DNA of 64,000 nt from Vitrella brassicaformis CCMP3155 (GCA_001179505.1 CDMY01000201.1:1-64000); one strand, 5' to 3'; positions 11,960-24,400 are shown, counted from the first letter of the stretch. The notes: generated by a model from the sequence alone, not told the origin. Program-made: numbers and translations.

Positions 11960-12063
11960 CTCGGCTGATGTCTATCGTCCTTCACCCACACACCTCAGTG
12001 CAGCTGTGCGTCGGCAGCTTCACTGATGGGGGTCGGGTGCTGTGCAGATAGACATCAGCCGAG
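11960..12063. other. Long fold-back inverted repeat (17-bp perfect outer stem plus inner stem)
   Basis: CTCGGCTGATGTCTATC (11960-11976) is the exact reverse complement of GATAGACATCAGCCGAG (12047-12063); inner pairs TCAGTG/CACTGA and AGCTG/CAGCT. Confidence 0.85.
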
Positions 12064-12607
12064 AAGACCTTTAGCGCTAGAGTGCAGCCATGCTGTGCCG
12101 TGTGTGTCGCTGACTGCTGGATAAGTGGATCGATGGATGGATGGACCGGTGGATGCAGTGGCTGATCACGGACGTGTGTGACGTGTGACGTGGTGGTGCA
12201 TTTTTTCCGTGACGTGAGCTGGCTTTCCCGTTACTGCAGGTGTGTTGCCTTCATGTGACATTCGTGTCTCATGTCTGTCGACGTGGACGTGTTAGTTCTT
12301 TCCGGCCGGCCAAACAAAAGGGAAAATCTGGGCCGGCCAAAACGAAACATCTGGGGAAATGAAATGTCTGTGGGTGCCATGCATGGTGGATAAAGAATCG
12401 CTTGGGTGCAATGCCACGCAAACCATAGGCATCAACGAAAACGGGCAGGCGGGGTGGCCGATTCAACCCCGGTGGACCCCCTTTCTCACACAGACAAGCC
12501 AAAAGAAATGAACAGAACATGCCAACAGAACACTTGTCTCCCCTCCTCTCCCTCTCCCTCTGTGTGTGTGGGGGCTGGTGGTAGTGTGGTGCGAAGTCAG
12601 GGCAGGG

Positions 12608-13379
12608 CTAGAGTCCGCCCTCAGCCTCCTCGAGTTCCTCGAGGGTCATGGCCTTCTTGCCGTCTTCGCAGGGCTCGGTGACGAACTTGCCTTCGCCCCC
12701 TGCAGGATTCGGCACCATGCAGCCGTACTCCTGCACACACACACACACACACGCACGCACGCACGCAATATGGTGGCGGGCGGGGGGACTTGTGTGTGTG
12801 TGTGTCTGATCTGACCATGTCGAGGTCGCTGGCTACTCCGCCGATGGCGTAGATGGGCTCGGCCTTCTCGTCAGTGTCCTTCAAGAAAGCCTTGCACGTC
12901 TGTAGAAATGACATGTCATGTGGAGGGAAAAGGGGAGCAAAACAACTACATAGGTATCTATCGTGTGTTTGAATTCGTTAACCCACCTTGACGTCGCTCG
13001 AGCTCGTCGTCATCTGCAGGCCAGCGCATCCATCCATCCATCCATCAGTACCTCGACAGATCTGTCCATATACCCATCTTACCTCGCACTGCTTGCACTT
13101 GAGGATCTTGCAGTTGGATTTGACCGTTGAAGCCGAGGGCTTGCCGCGGCGGCCCTTGACGACCGTGAAGCCCTCCTCGACCTTCGGTTCCTCCTTTCAG
13201 GCGGCCAGCTGCAGATGGCGGTCGGTTTCGGTGCGCAGGAAGCAGACCGCCTCGCCGTCGAGCATGCTGCACTTCCCGCCCTCCTGGGTGAAGACGTGGG
13301 CGGTGGTGGTGGTGGTGGCGAAGAGGAGGATGGTCATGAGGGCGAGGGAGAGGACCATGGTGGTGCTGAGGCTCGACAT
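12608..13379 (-). CDS. Secreted Cys-rich protein of 176 codons with an in-frame UGA at codon 61 (13197-13199); exons 13379-13083, 13013-12987, 12899-12816, 12730-12608
   Basis: Signal peptide MSSLSTTMVLSLALMTILLFATTTTTA. After TGA the same frame continues KEEPKVEEGFTVVKGRRGK...CKILKCKQCE and splices in phase 0 through three more GT-AG exons to TAG at 12608-12610. Confidence 0.75.
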
Positions 13380-13530
13380 TCTCAAATGTACGGGAGGGAA
13401 TACGAGAGGGAACGCAACGATGACTGAAGAAACGACTAAGATGGTGATGGGGGTTTCTGATGGACTGATGATGGGGGCGTTTTTGTTTTGGCCAGGAATT
13501 CTCGCCAGAAGCGCGCACTAGTAGTGAAGG

Positions 13531-15956
13531 ATGGAGGAGCACGTCCCGTCATCCGGAGGACCGCCCCCTTTCGCGGTGCCCGCCGGTGGGCAGAAGAAGA
13601 AGCAGATCTCCACTCAATCTGCGTCCATTCGATTCGTGTTGTTCCATCTCTTTCTCTCTGTGTGCTCCTTCCGTGTGCGGACGTCAGGCGGGCATCATCA
13701 CCTGGCGGCCTACACCGTGTCATCCCCGCAGCCACAGCAAGCACCAGCCTCTCAGCCCGTGACACCTTCAAGGGTGAGCGATGCCATTCACCACAAGCGG
13801 CCTAGGCACATCCCATGAGTGAGTGCCCGCATCTGAGTTCGTTCCTCTGATTTGGTTTGGTTTGGTGTGATGCGATGCGGTGCGATGCAGGTGCCTGTGC
13901 ACCTGGACCCCCTGCAGTCGTCATCGCCCATCAGCGCCGCGCCGGAGCGGCCCTCGTTGTCGCGAGTGCGGCGTGAGGTGCACCAGAGGAGGTACAAGAC
14001 TGCCATACAGATGTGCGAACAGGCCCTACAGGTGAGGGAGGGAGGGAGTGAGTCGGGGCAGGGCGGGGTAAGGTTGATTGATGCGTTTATTGCTGCTGCT
14101 GCATTGTGTTGTTGTATGTGTGTGGTCGATGGGTGGGTGGGTGCAGTCGGGTGGTGCGGGCAGTCAGTTGGCGCCGACTGAGGTGATAGCGTGGCACACC
14201 GTACGCATCTACTGCCTGCTCAAGCGACAGGTGCGCCATGCCTGCCTGAGGACACTGGCTGCATACTCTAACTTACATGACAGGTGGGGTGGATGGTGCA
14301 TGCCTGTCTGTCTGCCTGGCTGTCTGGCTGTTTGTTCGTTTGGCCTGCAGGAGTACCAACAGGCGGATGAAGCACTGGCACGCCTCGGGTGAGCTAGGAG
14401 AGAATTCATTCTTCCTCTGAGGAATGAGGGACGTCACTCACTCTTCTATCTATCTATATCTCTGCGGGCGGGCGGGCGACAGGTCGTTTGAGGCCCCGAA
14501 ATGGCGATACGAGCAGCACCCAGACCTATACCCGTACGCACGAACGAACGACATACTCACACCCACCTTCCCACCCACCATGGTCTTTTCATCCGTGCAG
14601 TGGCCAATCAGGCTCGTTCGTGCCCTTCGTTCTCCGTCAGCTGTCAGCTGTGGCGCCGTATTTGGCCAACCGGCCGCAGGTGACCCTCGACCGCCTGACT
14701 GAGCTGCAGACGCTGTGCGTGCAGCACCACACCGACCACACCGACAGTGAAAAGGCCAGGCAGCTGTGGCTGGACCGGGAGATCGCCGTCATCTGCCTTA
14801 TCGCCGAGGTGCACTGCCATCCCGCCCTGCAGAACTTCCCGGTACATCTGACAAAGAGAGAGAGGTGTGTGTGTGTGTGTGTGTGTGAGGGGGGTACACA
14901 TGCGAGTGTCCGTCTGCTCGTGTGTGACCAGGAGGCCATCAGGGTTCTGCAGCGGGCCCTTGAGCTAAGGCCCCGTGACCGAGGCACATTGTCAATGCTG
15001 GGCAGAGTCTCCCTGCAGGTTAGCAACCGCATCAGAAGCTAGACTCTCTCCACATGTCGCTGGTTGTTCACACACACAGTTGGGTGCGGTTGAGTCAGCG
15101 GAGGATTACTTCGGTCTCGACGAGTGCCTCGCAGAGAAGGACTCAGCCCTCGTCCGCGCAAACAAGTGAGCCCCCCATGAACTCCCACCCGCCCCTCCCA
15201 CCTGCCCTGCACAAACACCCACACATCACACTAGAATGAATGAATCGCTTTGCCATCCATGTGTGCAGCGGCCACCATGCTTTAGCGAGCCAGGACTATG
15301 CCACCGGCGTCAAGGAGTTCGAGGAGAGCAAACAGCTGGCGGAGGCGACACTGCAGCAGCACATCAATGCCGCAAGGGCCGTCCTCCCGGGCGGACCCGA
15401 ACCTGCTGACCAGGCCAAGATCGCACGCGCGTCGCAGGCGTGTGCGACGGCTGCCAATAACCTGGCTGTGGCGCACTTGTAAGCAGACGGCGAGAGATGG
15501 GAGGGTGCACATGACATGAAGGGCATTCTCTGGTTCGTTGATTCATTCAGTTACGACAAAAACTTGCCGAGGGCGAAGGAGGTGCTGGAGAACTCACTGT
15601 GGGCCCAGCCGGTAAGTGAGAGAGGCATCCCATCCGTCCGTCAAATCACCACGCCACCACACACCCAAGTGGCCGCTGTGTGTCTGCAGGACGTGATGGG
15701 CCTGACCAACAATGGCGTCATAGCGCCCGCCGTCAAGAACCTGCTGTCCTTCTGGGAGTTCGACCGCGACAAGAGTCACACCACTTCCGCCCTGCAGGAG
15801 CTGATATCGTCAACGTGCAACGAGGACGTGCAGGTGTGGGAGTCGCTCAAGACACAGCAGGGCCAGGGCGGGCAGCCCGGTGCTGCGGGGAGGGTGGCCA
15901 TGGGCAGCCCGCCTAGACAGGCCGTAGGCATACCCGTCGTCGGACAGGCCCTCTGA
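13531..15956 (+). CDS. TRAPPC12: TRAPP complex subunit 12 (TTC15/TRAMM)-like TPR protein; multi-exon
   Basis: VPFVLRQLSAVAPYLANRPQVTLDRL, TLSMLGRVSLQLGAVESAEDYF, ANNLAVAH and NLLSFWEF correspond to the TRAPPC12 TPR-region motifs (VPFSMR, GIGRISLQIGD, NNAAVC, NLTTMYEL). Confidence 0.8.
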
Positions 15957-17193
15957 CTTGATCGATGGGCCGGGTGCCATATGTGGGTGTGGTGTGTGCA
16001 TATGAATCCCCGATGAGCATTTCATTCGATAAATGAGAAGAAAGGCGTGAATAAACGACATACGACATAGATAGGGGGTCTGTCCGTCCTTGGTTTGGTT
16101 TGGTGGTGGTCACCACTCCACTTAATCACCTACCCAATCACCCGCTCCCCCCGCCGCACTCAGCCAGCCAGCCGGCCAGCCGGCCGGCATCATCATCATC
16201 CAACAAACGAGGGCGCAACAAATATATAGAATACGACTTTACGCATCAACAGACAGACAGACAGACAGACAGACAGATGGCCATGGCCATATGGCGTACA
16301 CACAGCCAGCCTTACACACACTACACAAAATGGCGAGAGAGTTCCCCAATGGCGTCATGCTGCGGCGATGCTGGTAGTCCTCACTGGTTTGCGGAGGTGA
16401 GGTGTCGGTGAATTGGGGAGGGATTCGATGAAGTCCCTCATCTGATCCCTAGCCAACTCACAGCAGATCTCACACCCACCACCAGTAAGTAATACAGCGA
16501 AAGCATGACACAGCCACACACCGACCCATTCACTCATTCACTCACTGACTGACTCAGAAAACAGCAGCGCACCACCTTTCGCTGTGTCATGGGATGCTGT
16601 GCTGTGTTGCGTGCCGCAGTCATGGCCTCTCCTTGCCCCTTCATAGATAGCTATGGTGTGGGTAGAGACACACTCGGCTCGTTGCACTGCACACCCACCC
16701 AAGAAGCGACAGGACGAAGCAATGACGGCACACGCACTCAATACAATACACGTACTTCAGCCAGAAAGAACAAAGACCGTGCAATGCACGATCTGATCTC
16801 CCTTCCTACGCAAACAAAGGCCAATCGAGTACTCAAAACACGCGACTCACCCCCACCCCCCTCCGTCTGCTTACACATTCGCGGCGAGCTTAAACAGGCA
16901 GACATCCGTCCATAAACGCACTTTTTTAAACACCATCATATATATGCACACTCATCCAAAGGGGCTGGCTGGCTGGCTGGCTATCGTGGCTATCGTGGCC
17001 ATCGACCGCTACAAGGTCGAGGAGACCCCGGGGTGAGGTGATGCGATGCACGCAGCGCAGCCAAGGGAAGAAAACTCCTGACAAGGTGCACTGCACAGCA
17101 TACACACAGACAGCGAGTCTATCCGCCTTCCTTCCCCTGCGCACCGCACTCTCTCATTATTTCCCGCACCCACCTTCTTCGTGGAGAAATCAT

Positions 17194-20100
17194 TCACTCC
17201 TGGTCATACTTGGCGATAATGTCGTTATATCCCTCCAGCAGCGGCACCCCTGTCAGCCGGGCGATCTCATTCCGACACGCAATCGCCTCCCGCAGCCCCT
17301 CCCCCCTCCCCCACGACCCTCGCACATAGAACAACACACCCTCCGGGCCGTTGCCTCCAAGCGTCACACCAAACGCACACCGACTCGATGAGAAACGAAT
17401 GCCGAGGGCCGGGGGTTTCGCCTCGGCCGTGGGTGGGGGCTCCGACAGCAGCAGGAGGGCGGAGAACTGCGGCAGGAGCCTCTTGAGCTGGGGCAGCACC
17501 TCGTTGGCCGTCACGGCGATCTGCCGACGGTGTGGCTGCGGGGGCAGTGGAGGGGGCTGGTCCAAGAACTCGGCATAGCCCGTCACGTGTGGGGCCTTGT
17601 CGCCGGTGAAGAGGTTGCGCCTCGCGATAGCCGCCTTGAGCGACCCCTGCACCGCCCCCAGGCACCCACCGATCGCCCCCTCACCCAGCGGGATGCTCAT
17701 GCTCTCCGTCAGCAGCTGAATGCCATTGGTCGGGTCGAGGAGGAAAGGTGCCGCACGGTCGGTGTCCCACGAGAGAGACAGGGGAGGCCCCGCACGACCC
17801 ATGGCCACCAGCTGGGCGCCGTACAGGCTGTTCAGGCCCTCTATGTAGGCGTTGGCAATCGCGGCCGCATACCTCTTCCTCTGGTAAGGGAGTGGCGCAT
17901 CCGCCCGTGGGGTCAGCCGTGGCTGCTTGCGTTGCGATGACGGCTCGGGCAGGAGGCGTGAGCTCACGAGGCTGGCCGGTGGCGCCACGGCCTTTCTCTT
18001 GCGATTGTCTCTGTCTGGCGTCGCCTTCCTCCCCATCTGTATTCTCGGAGGAGTGGCCGGTGGCGGCGGCATGGGGCTCTCTCGCTGGACCATCGAATCG
18101 GGCACGGCAGGGTCGGACGGGTCGCGGAGGCGCTTCCCTCTGCCGGGCCGCATCTGTCGGGCTCTTGCGGCCTTGGTCGGCCCTGCAGACGACGAGAGTA
18201 GGCGGCTGTCTCGTGACATGGCCACATAGTCGCACGCAGGGTCATACTCGCCATAGACGTTGATGCGCCGGTCGTCGAGGAGCTCCTCGTGGCCCTCGAC
18301 GGGCGGCATGCACTTGGGCGCCCCCATGTCGTTGCGAATGGCCACCGCCTCGATCAGCGACCGCTTGATGGCGGCGGGGTCGTGGTACTCCTCCGGCTTG
18401 ACCTTGAGCCCCGCAAGCATCACTGGCTTGACGTGCTCCGGCCACGCAGTCGACAGCATGGTAGTCGGACACGCGCTTTGCCGGTCCCAGGACATGGCCA
18501 GCATCCCCGGACGGCCGTAGTGCTCCCGCAGGGCCGCGATGTATGCCGCCGCCACCAGGGCGGCGTAGGCCTTCCGCTGCTCCCACTCGGCCGCGTCGTC
18601 GGCTCCAGGCAGCGGGGGCGTGTTTCGCTTGACGGGCATGGTTTTGTCGGAGCACTGCGAGTCAGAGAGGGGGGCGTTGTGCTCAGGCGGGCACAGCGGC
18701 ATGCACTCCGGGGTGAGGTCGTTGTCTGCAGGGTCGCCGTAGCCCAACACACCCGCATAGTCGACCGCCGGGATGCCTGCCTTCTCGGCGGCACGGTTGC
18801 GGTACTGAACGGCCACATGCAGCATCATCGTGGCCACGTCAATGGGGAGGGAGGAGCCGCGGACCGATGCCAGCCTGGAGAGTGTCGGGGGCAGCCGCAC
18901 ACGGACCTTGCGCAGGCTTACTTGGGGCACGCACTTGGTCACGTTCCAGGTGATGCCCAGGGGAGCTGATGCCTCGTCCACCTGCCCACCCAGCTGCTCC
19001 AAGTACGCCTGGTGCAGCGCGGCGATGAGCCCCTCGGCGGCCTCGGCACACTCGGCCTTGAAGGTGGTCTTGGGCCCCGGTGTGATCCTGGCATGACGCA
19101 GTGGGCTGCCGGTCTGCTGGCTGCCGGTCTGCTGGGCGGCCTCGAGCTTCTTCCTGTCCCTCTCTCGGTTGAAAATGGTCCTGTAGCAGACGGTGGAATC
19201 GTAGCCATAGCTCTCCTCCCACTCGTTGAGCACCGACTCGGCGCCGACGACCGTCGGCCACCCCTGTGTTGGGGCCAGCTCGTTTCGCCTCTCGATTGCC
19301 CATTTGAGCTGCTTGAAGAAGCTGGGCTGCCCCACCTCAGGCTCGCCCCCCGTGTACACGAGCACAGAGCCAGACGTCAGGTCCGGGGGTGCACCCCGGG
19401 TGTTGGCGCTCGTCTTGACGACGAATCGGCCGAACCTGCTCCTGTACTCGATGGCCAGATTGCGGCTCTCGGGGGGCACGTGGGAAAGGCATCTCTCGAC
19501 CAGTTTGTCGAAGTAGGTCTCGGCGAGTATTTGAAGGTAGGCGCGATGGCGGTCCGAGTGCAGTTCTGGACACAGGTGCGTGACGGGGTCGAGATGGTCG
19601 CCCTGTGGTGGGAAGGTCGACCGCGCTATCACGCCCTCAAGCTGGGACGCTGCCGGCGCCCTCTTCGCCAAGGGTGGCGAGGGCGGCTTGGCCAGCGGCT
19701 GCTGCTGCTGCGAGGGCGGCGGCAGCATCGACAGCCGGGGAGTCTGCCCCCTCGGCGATGGGTCTGGGGTGTTAGAGTGATGCTCTGGCGTGCCGCTGCC
19801 AGATATCGCGCGCTTCTTGGCCGCCCTCTCCTGCACGCCGCCACTGCTGTCGTCCCCCTCCTCCCCCTCCCCCCCTCTGCCCGCGACTGACCGTGCCCTC
19901 TTGCTGCCCAGAGAGAGATCGAACTCCTTGATGATTTCTTCATAGCCCACCAGGGGCGGCAGCATGTCGCTCATGACACTGTTCCGGTGGGCGATGGCGC
20001 GTTGCAGCGCACCCGCGGCGCCACACGTGTGGACGGAGAAGGACGCCAGCGCCGGCGAGCCCTCGAACTGCACGTGGAAGGTGGCCGTCAATGGGTCGTA

Positions 20101-21427
20101 GATGATGCCGAGAGGGTCGCATATGTCAGCCAGGCGCTTGAGCAGGGCGGGGGCGACCTTGTTGATGGACTTCTTCTCCTCCCGTCGCTGCCTGACCTCC
20201 TCCGGGTACAGGCGGGTGTAGAGGGCTACGTAGTCGAAGTGGGGGTCGAACTCGGGTGAGGGAAGGCCGGCCGACTCGATGACACCGTCGTCGTCGGCGA
20301 ACGTGGCCTCGAAATCCGTGAAAATGCATGAGGACCCGGGCGCGGCCTGGGAGATCAGGCTGTTCCGGTCGTCGATGGCAACTCTGAGCATACAAAACGG
20401 CACAACGCACAAAGCGATCGGTCGGTCCATCGCTTCCGCTGCTCTGCCTCTGTGTGTCGTCCCTTACCTGAGTGCGCTTCTGACGGCGTCGATGCCTCCT
20501 CCGTCTTGCGCGAGGGCCTCGACGGGCTCCGACTGCCTCACACGCTGACCCACCTTCCACCGCAGTCTTGACAGCTCGTTGTGCCACCACACCGTCAGAG
20601 GCTCGTCCTCTTGCTGCCCCCCGCCCTCGCCGCCCTTCCTTTGGGCCTCATAGAGGTCACGCAGCTTCTGCAGGTAGGCCCTCACCAGGATATTCAAGTA
20701 TAGCTTCCGCTGGTACGCCTCTGACACACGCCGGGGGGGCTCAGGCTCTGGTCTCTTCTCGATAGGCTGTGGCGTGCCGTCTCTTGATTCAGGCCTGGTG
20801 ACCTCAGGAATGCCCATGGCCTTGCCCCTTTGGTTGCGGCAGCTGACGGCCTGATAGAGGGCCGCTAGCAGGCCACCCGCCTCGTCCACAGGGAAGTGTG
20901 CGGGCCCCTCGTGGCCGACCGTGACGACGAATCTGTGCTTCTTGTCGTCGAAGACGATGCCGAGTGGGGTGGGGGGCGGCAGCTTCTGTTGCAGCTTAGA
21001 GAGAATGCATCCTGCGATCGATGCCTCGCTCCTGCCCGCATCGCCGCCGCCATCTCCATCGGCAGCTGAGACCGGTGGCTTGGGCTGGGGCTTGGGCTTG
21101 GGTTTGGGCTGGGGCTGTAGCTGTGGCTGTTGTTGTGGCTGTGGCAGCTCTTTCCGCCGGTATTTGGTCACATCAAGCTGATGCGGGAGAGCCGGCGGGC
21201 TCTGTTGCTGCTTGAGGTGCCTTCGCTGCTCCATGATGGGGCGGAGCATGGCCACGTAGTCGAGGGCGAGCTCGCGTGCGGCGAGGAAGCCGTGCTTGGT
21301 CGCTGAGAAGGCCTTGCAGGGCTGCAGGGGCTCCCCTGTCGCCTCGTCGATGGGAACACTGCTCACGTCCTCACCTGACACACCCAGCAAGAAAAGCACG
21401 CTGCATGTGTCGAAAGCACCCACTACG

Positions 21428-21465
<38 letters not shown>

Positions 21466-24400
21466 TGTGTTCTGCCTGTCGGCTCACCGAAGAGCTCATC
21501 CCATTCGGCCTCGTCGACATACCCCTTCCACGAGCGCAGCCTGCCGCCCCACTTGATGCCCTTGTCGTGAATCCGATGTGGCACCCTGGCAGCTTTGGTC
21601 CACAGGTCCGGGTGCAGGTCCACCCCCGCACCCTCCTCCAGCACCGGACGGCCGGCTGCCTCTCTCTCACTTTCGCCGGCCTCTTCCTTGTCAGACTCGT
21701 CACGCTGCGCGCTGCCCTTGACCTCCTCGTATGGCAGGTCGACAACGCGAAGGTAGGAGTCCAGCTCGAGAGGGTGGGCGCCGAGTCGCTGGCTCTCTTG
21801 GGCCACCTCGTTGCGCAGTTGCAGGGCCTCACGCAGGCCCTCCTTGACGCACTCGACCGCACTCTTGGTCTCGGAGGGCCGGAGGCGCTGCCCAGCTTTG
21901 GCGATCCTCTCGTAATTCGCCCCCATGACGGCGCGGAACTTGGTTGTGGCGGCCTCGTACCGGATGGCGAAGTTGGGGACCTCCTTGCGCTTCTTGCCCT
22001 TGTGAAGCTGCTGGTGGTGGTCCATGAGCTTGCGCAAATAGTCGCGGACGATGGCCTCGAGCTCGTCCCTCTGCTCCTGCGACAGGGGCGCCGGCTCGGG
22101 CGTGTTGCTCCTTCCACTGTGGCCCTTCTCTGTCGTGGGGGCGGGGGCGGGGGAGGCAGGGGAGTTGCGATCGTCATCTGCTGGTGGTGTGGGATCGACG
22201 CCGAAGTCCATCAGCACCTGGTCGTAGCTGGACAGGGGGGGCTGGCCTCGCGCCTGGGCCCGCTGATTGCGACGGACGATAGCCTGCCGTGCCGCGATGC
22301 GACGCCATGCAACACAAGGCAAGGCAAGAAGGAGAATGCAATCAATGCACTCGTGTTGTGTGTTGTGTGTTTGTGTGTCGCCTGCATGCTCTACTGTCCC
22401 TACCTGTTTGAGAGCTTGATCGCACCCGAGTGCGGCCACGTCGAAGTACTCGAACTTCCCTCCCAGGCTCTCACCGCCCACGCCAAACCGATGCTGCGCC
22501 AGGTTGAATGTGATGCTGAGCATGGGGCGGTCGGCGCAGAGCCTCTTCTCGAAGGGCAGGCCGGCCACCAGGTGGCGCTTCAGCGCAGGCAGGACGGCGG
22601 CGGCGATCCGCTGAAACTTGGCGATCTCGGCGTCACGGCCGGGATCTCTGTTCTTGCGTCTTCGCGCAGCGCCCTTCTCTCGATGGCCGAGACGGTTGGC
22701 CAGCGCCTTCTGGACGACGACCTCATGACCCTTCAGCAATGGGACCCCCTGCGCCTCCGCCTGCGTGTTGCGGTCAAGGACGACTTGGCTGAGGGCGTCG
22801 ACAAAGCCGTCGAATGACGCGATCGAGTGCGGCTTGCCCTCCTCAGCCCCCGAAACCCTCGCACGCAGCTCGCGCCGCTCCTCGTCCAGCACGATGCCCA
22901 GTTCGGTGCCGTCGCTCCTGATCTGCTCCTGCAGCATGGCCAGGAACTTGCGGGCAAGCAGCGTCAGCTCGTCCGGTGTCCCTTCCTTCCCCTTGAGTGA
23001 GGGTCTCGACGGGTGCGGCCCGTTGAGATGGTCCAACCCATCGATGGTCTCGACGCTGTCGCCCTCCCACTCGTCCTCACGACCGTCGATCAGGTGGCCG
23101 TATGACGTCCACAGGTGCGCCCCCAGATGGGCAGCACGCCGGTTGCGGGCTATCAGGGCCTTTCGCAGCGCCGCCACCACGCCGTGTTTGGCCACGCTGA
23201 ACGTCTCCACAGGCTGTTTGTGGTGCTCCACCACGAAGTGGCCGTCTTTGTACTGGAGCGTCATCGTGGTGCGGCTGCCTTGCTGGTACTTCTGGTGGAT
23301 TTCGCGCATCAGACACTGGGCCAGGCGGTCGGAGGTTGACGAGCCAGCGCTGCTGTGGCTGCCAGTGCCGTGTGGGATGTCGCCTGGTCGATTGGTTGCA
23401 GAACGGGGTAAGGAGCGGCCTGGCTCGGTGACGGGGATGCCCAGGACTTCCTCGTAGCCCACGATGGGCGGGGAGATGAGTCGATTGCGCTCCTCTACCA
23501 CTCTGACAAACGCACAATCACCAGGCAGCCACAGTCGATCAACGTTGTCCCCTCACCCCCTCCATTTGTCCTTCCTCCTCACCATACCGTTTAAGGGCCT
23601 CGCTCACTCCCAGCTCCCGGGTGACTGACACAGGTTTGCCAAACACCAGCTCCCCATCCGACTTCCTCTTGTGCCGCGTCCGGAACCGCAGCCTCACGGC
23701 CTTTGACGACCCCAGCATCTCCACGCCCAGCTCCTTGCGCGCTGGCAGCAGCTTCCTGAAGCCGTCCAGCAGCCCCTCGGCGTCTTTGATGGCCTGCTGC
23801 ATGAATGCTTGGTCGAGGGACTCGTCGCTCTCGGCGGTGGCGCTCCGCTCGCTCGGCTGGGGGGACGCATGGGCTGCATTGGGGGAGGAAGACTGCTGCT
23901 GATGCACTTGCTGTGGTGGTGGTGATGGTGGTGATGGTGGTGGTGAGGTGGTGTCGGGGGGAGGCTGAGGCGGCTGCGTGTCGGCCGCCGACGGTTGTTG
24001 GTGCGGCTGCGGGTGTCGCTTGTTCGGCTGCTGTGCTTTTTGTTGCCTCTTGATGGTGACGTCGAAGATGTGCAGCAGCTCGTACACGGCCGACTCGTCT
24101 TGCTCCTCAATGGCGGCCTTCAGACACACGATGGGACCCTATCGGATCGACCAAGCCAAGCAACACCAGACACACATGATACAGACAGACAGGGATGGGA
24201 AGACAGGATGCATTGCACGTAATGCGAGTGAGTGGTTTGCATTTGTACAGACGTACGTACGTCTTCCGTTTCGTGAAGGTCCATCCCCTTGGCCCTCTCG
24301 TAGATGGCCGTCTTGGCCATGTCAAAACCCTTCCCGCCGTCCACAAACGCCCTGCATGCACCGCACCCGCGAGACAAACAGTGTCTGCCTTTGTGTCTGT

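Noticed and set aside
11995-12024. GTGAA...CTGAG on the minus strand as a SECIS core for the UGA gene
   Set aside because: Only about 21 nt lie between the two GA pairs, with a 5-bp helix and no apical AA; a canonical SECIS needs roughly 11-13 bp in helix II.
12420-12500. GTGAG...TTGAT stem-loop in the proximal 3' UTR as a SECIS
   Set aside because: Pairing next to the putative quartet is poor and the enclosed region is too long; a GA kink-turn geometry is not supportable by eye.
21276-22817. Long plus-strand ORFs opposite real genes (also 2844-3818, 19012-19890, 36310-37353, 37703-38848, 47011-47625)
   Set aside because: Antisense shadows of high-GC3 coding exons, with no motifs or splice logic of their own.
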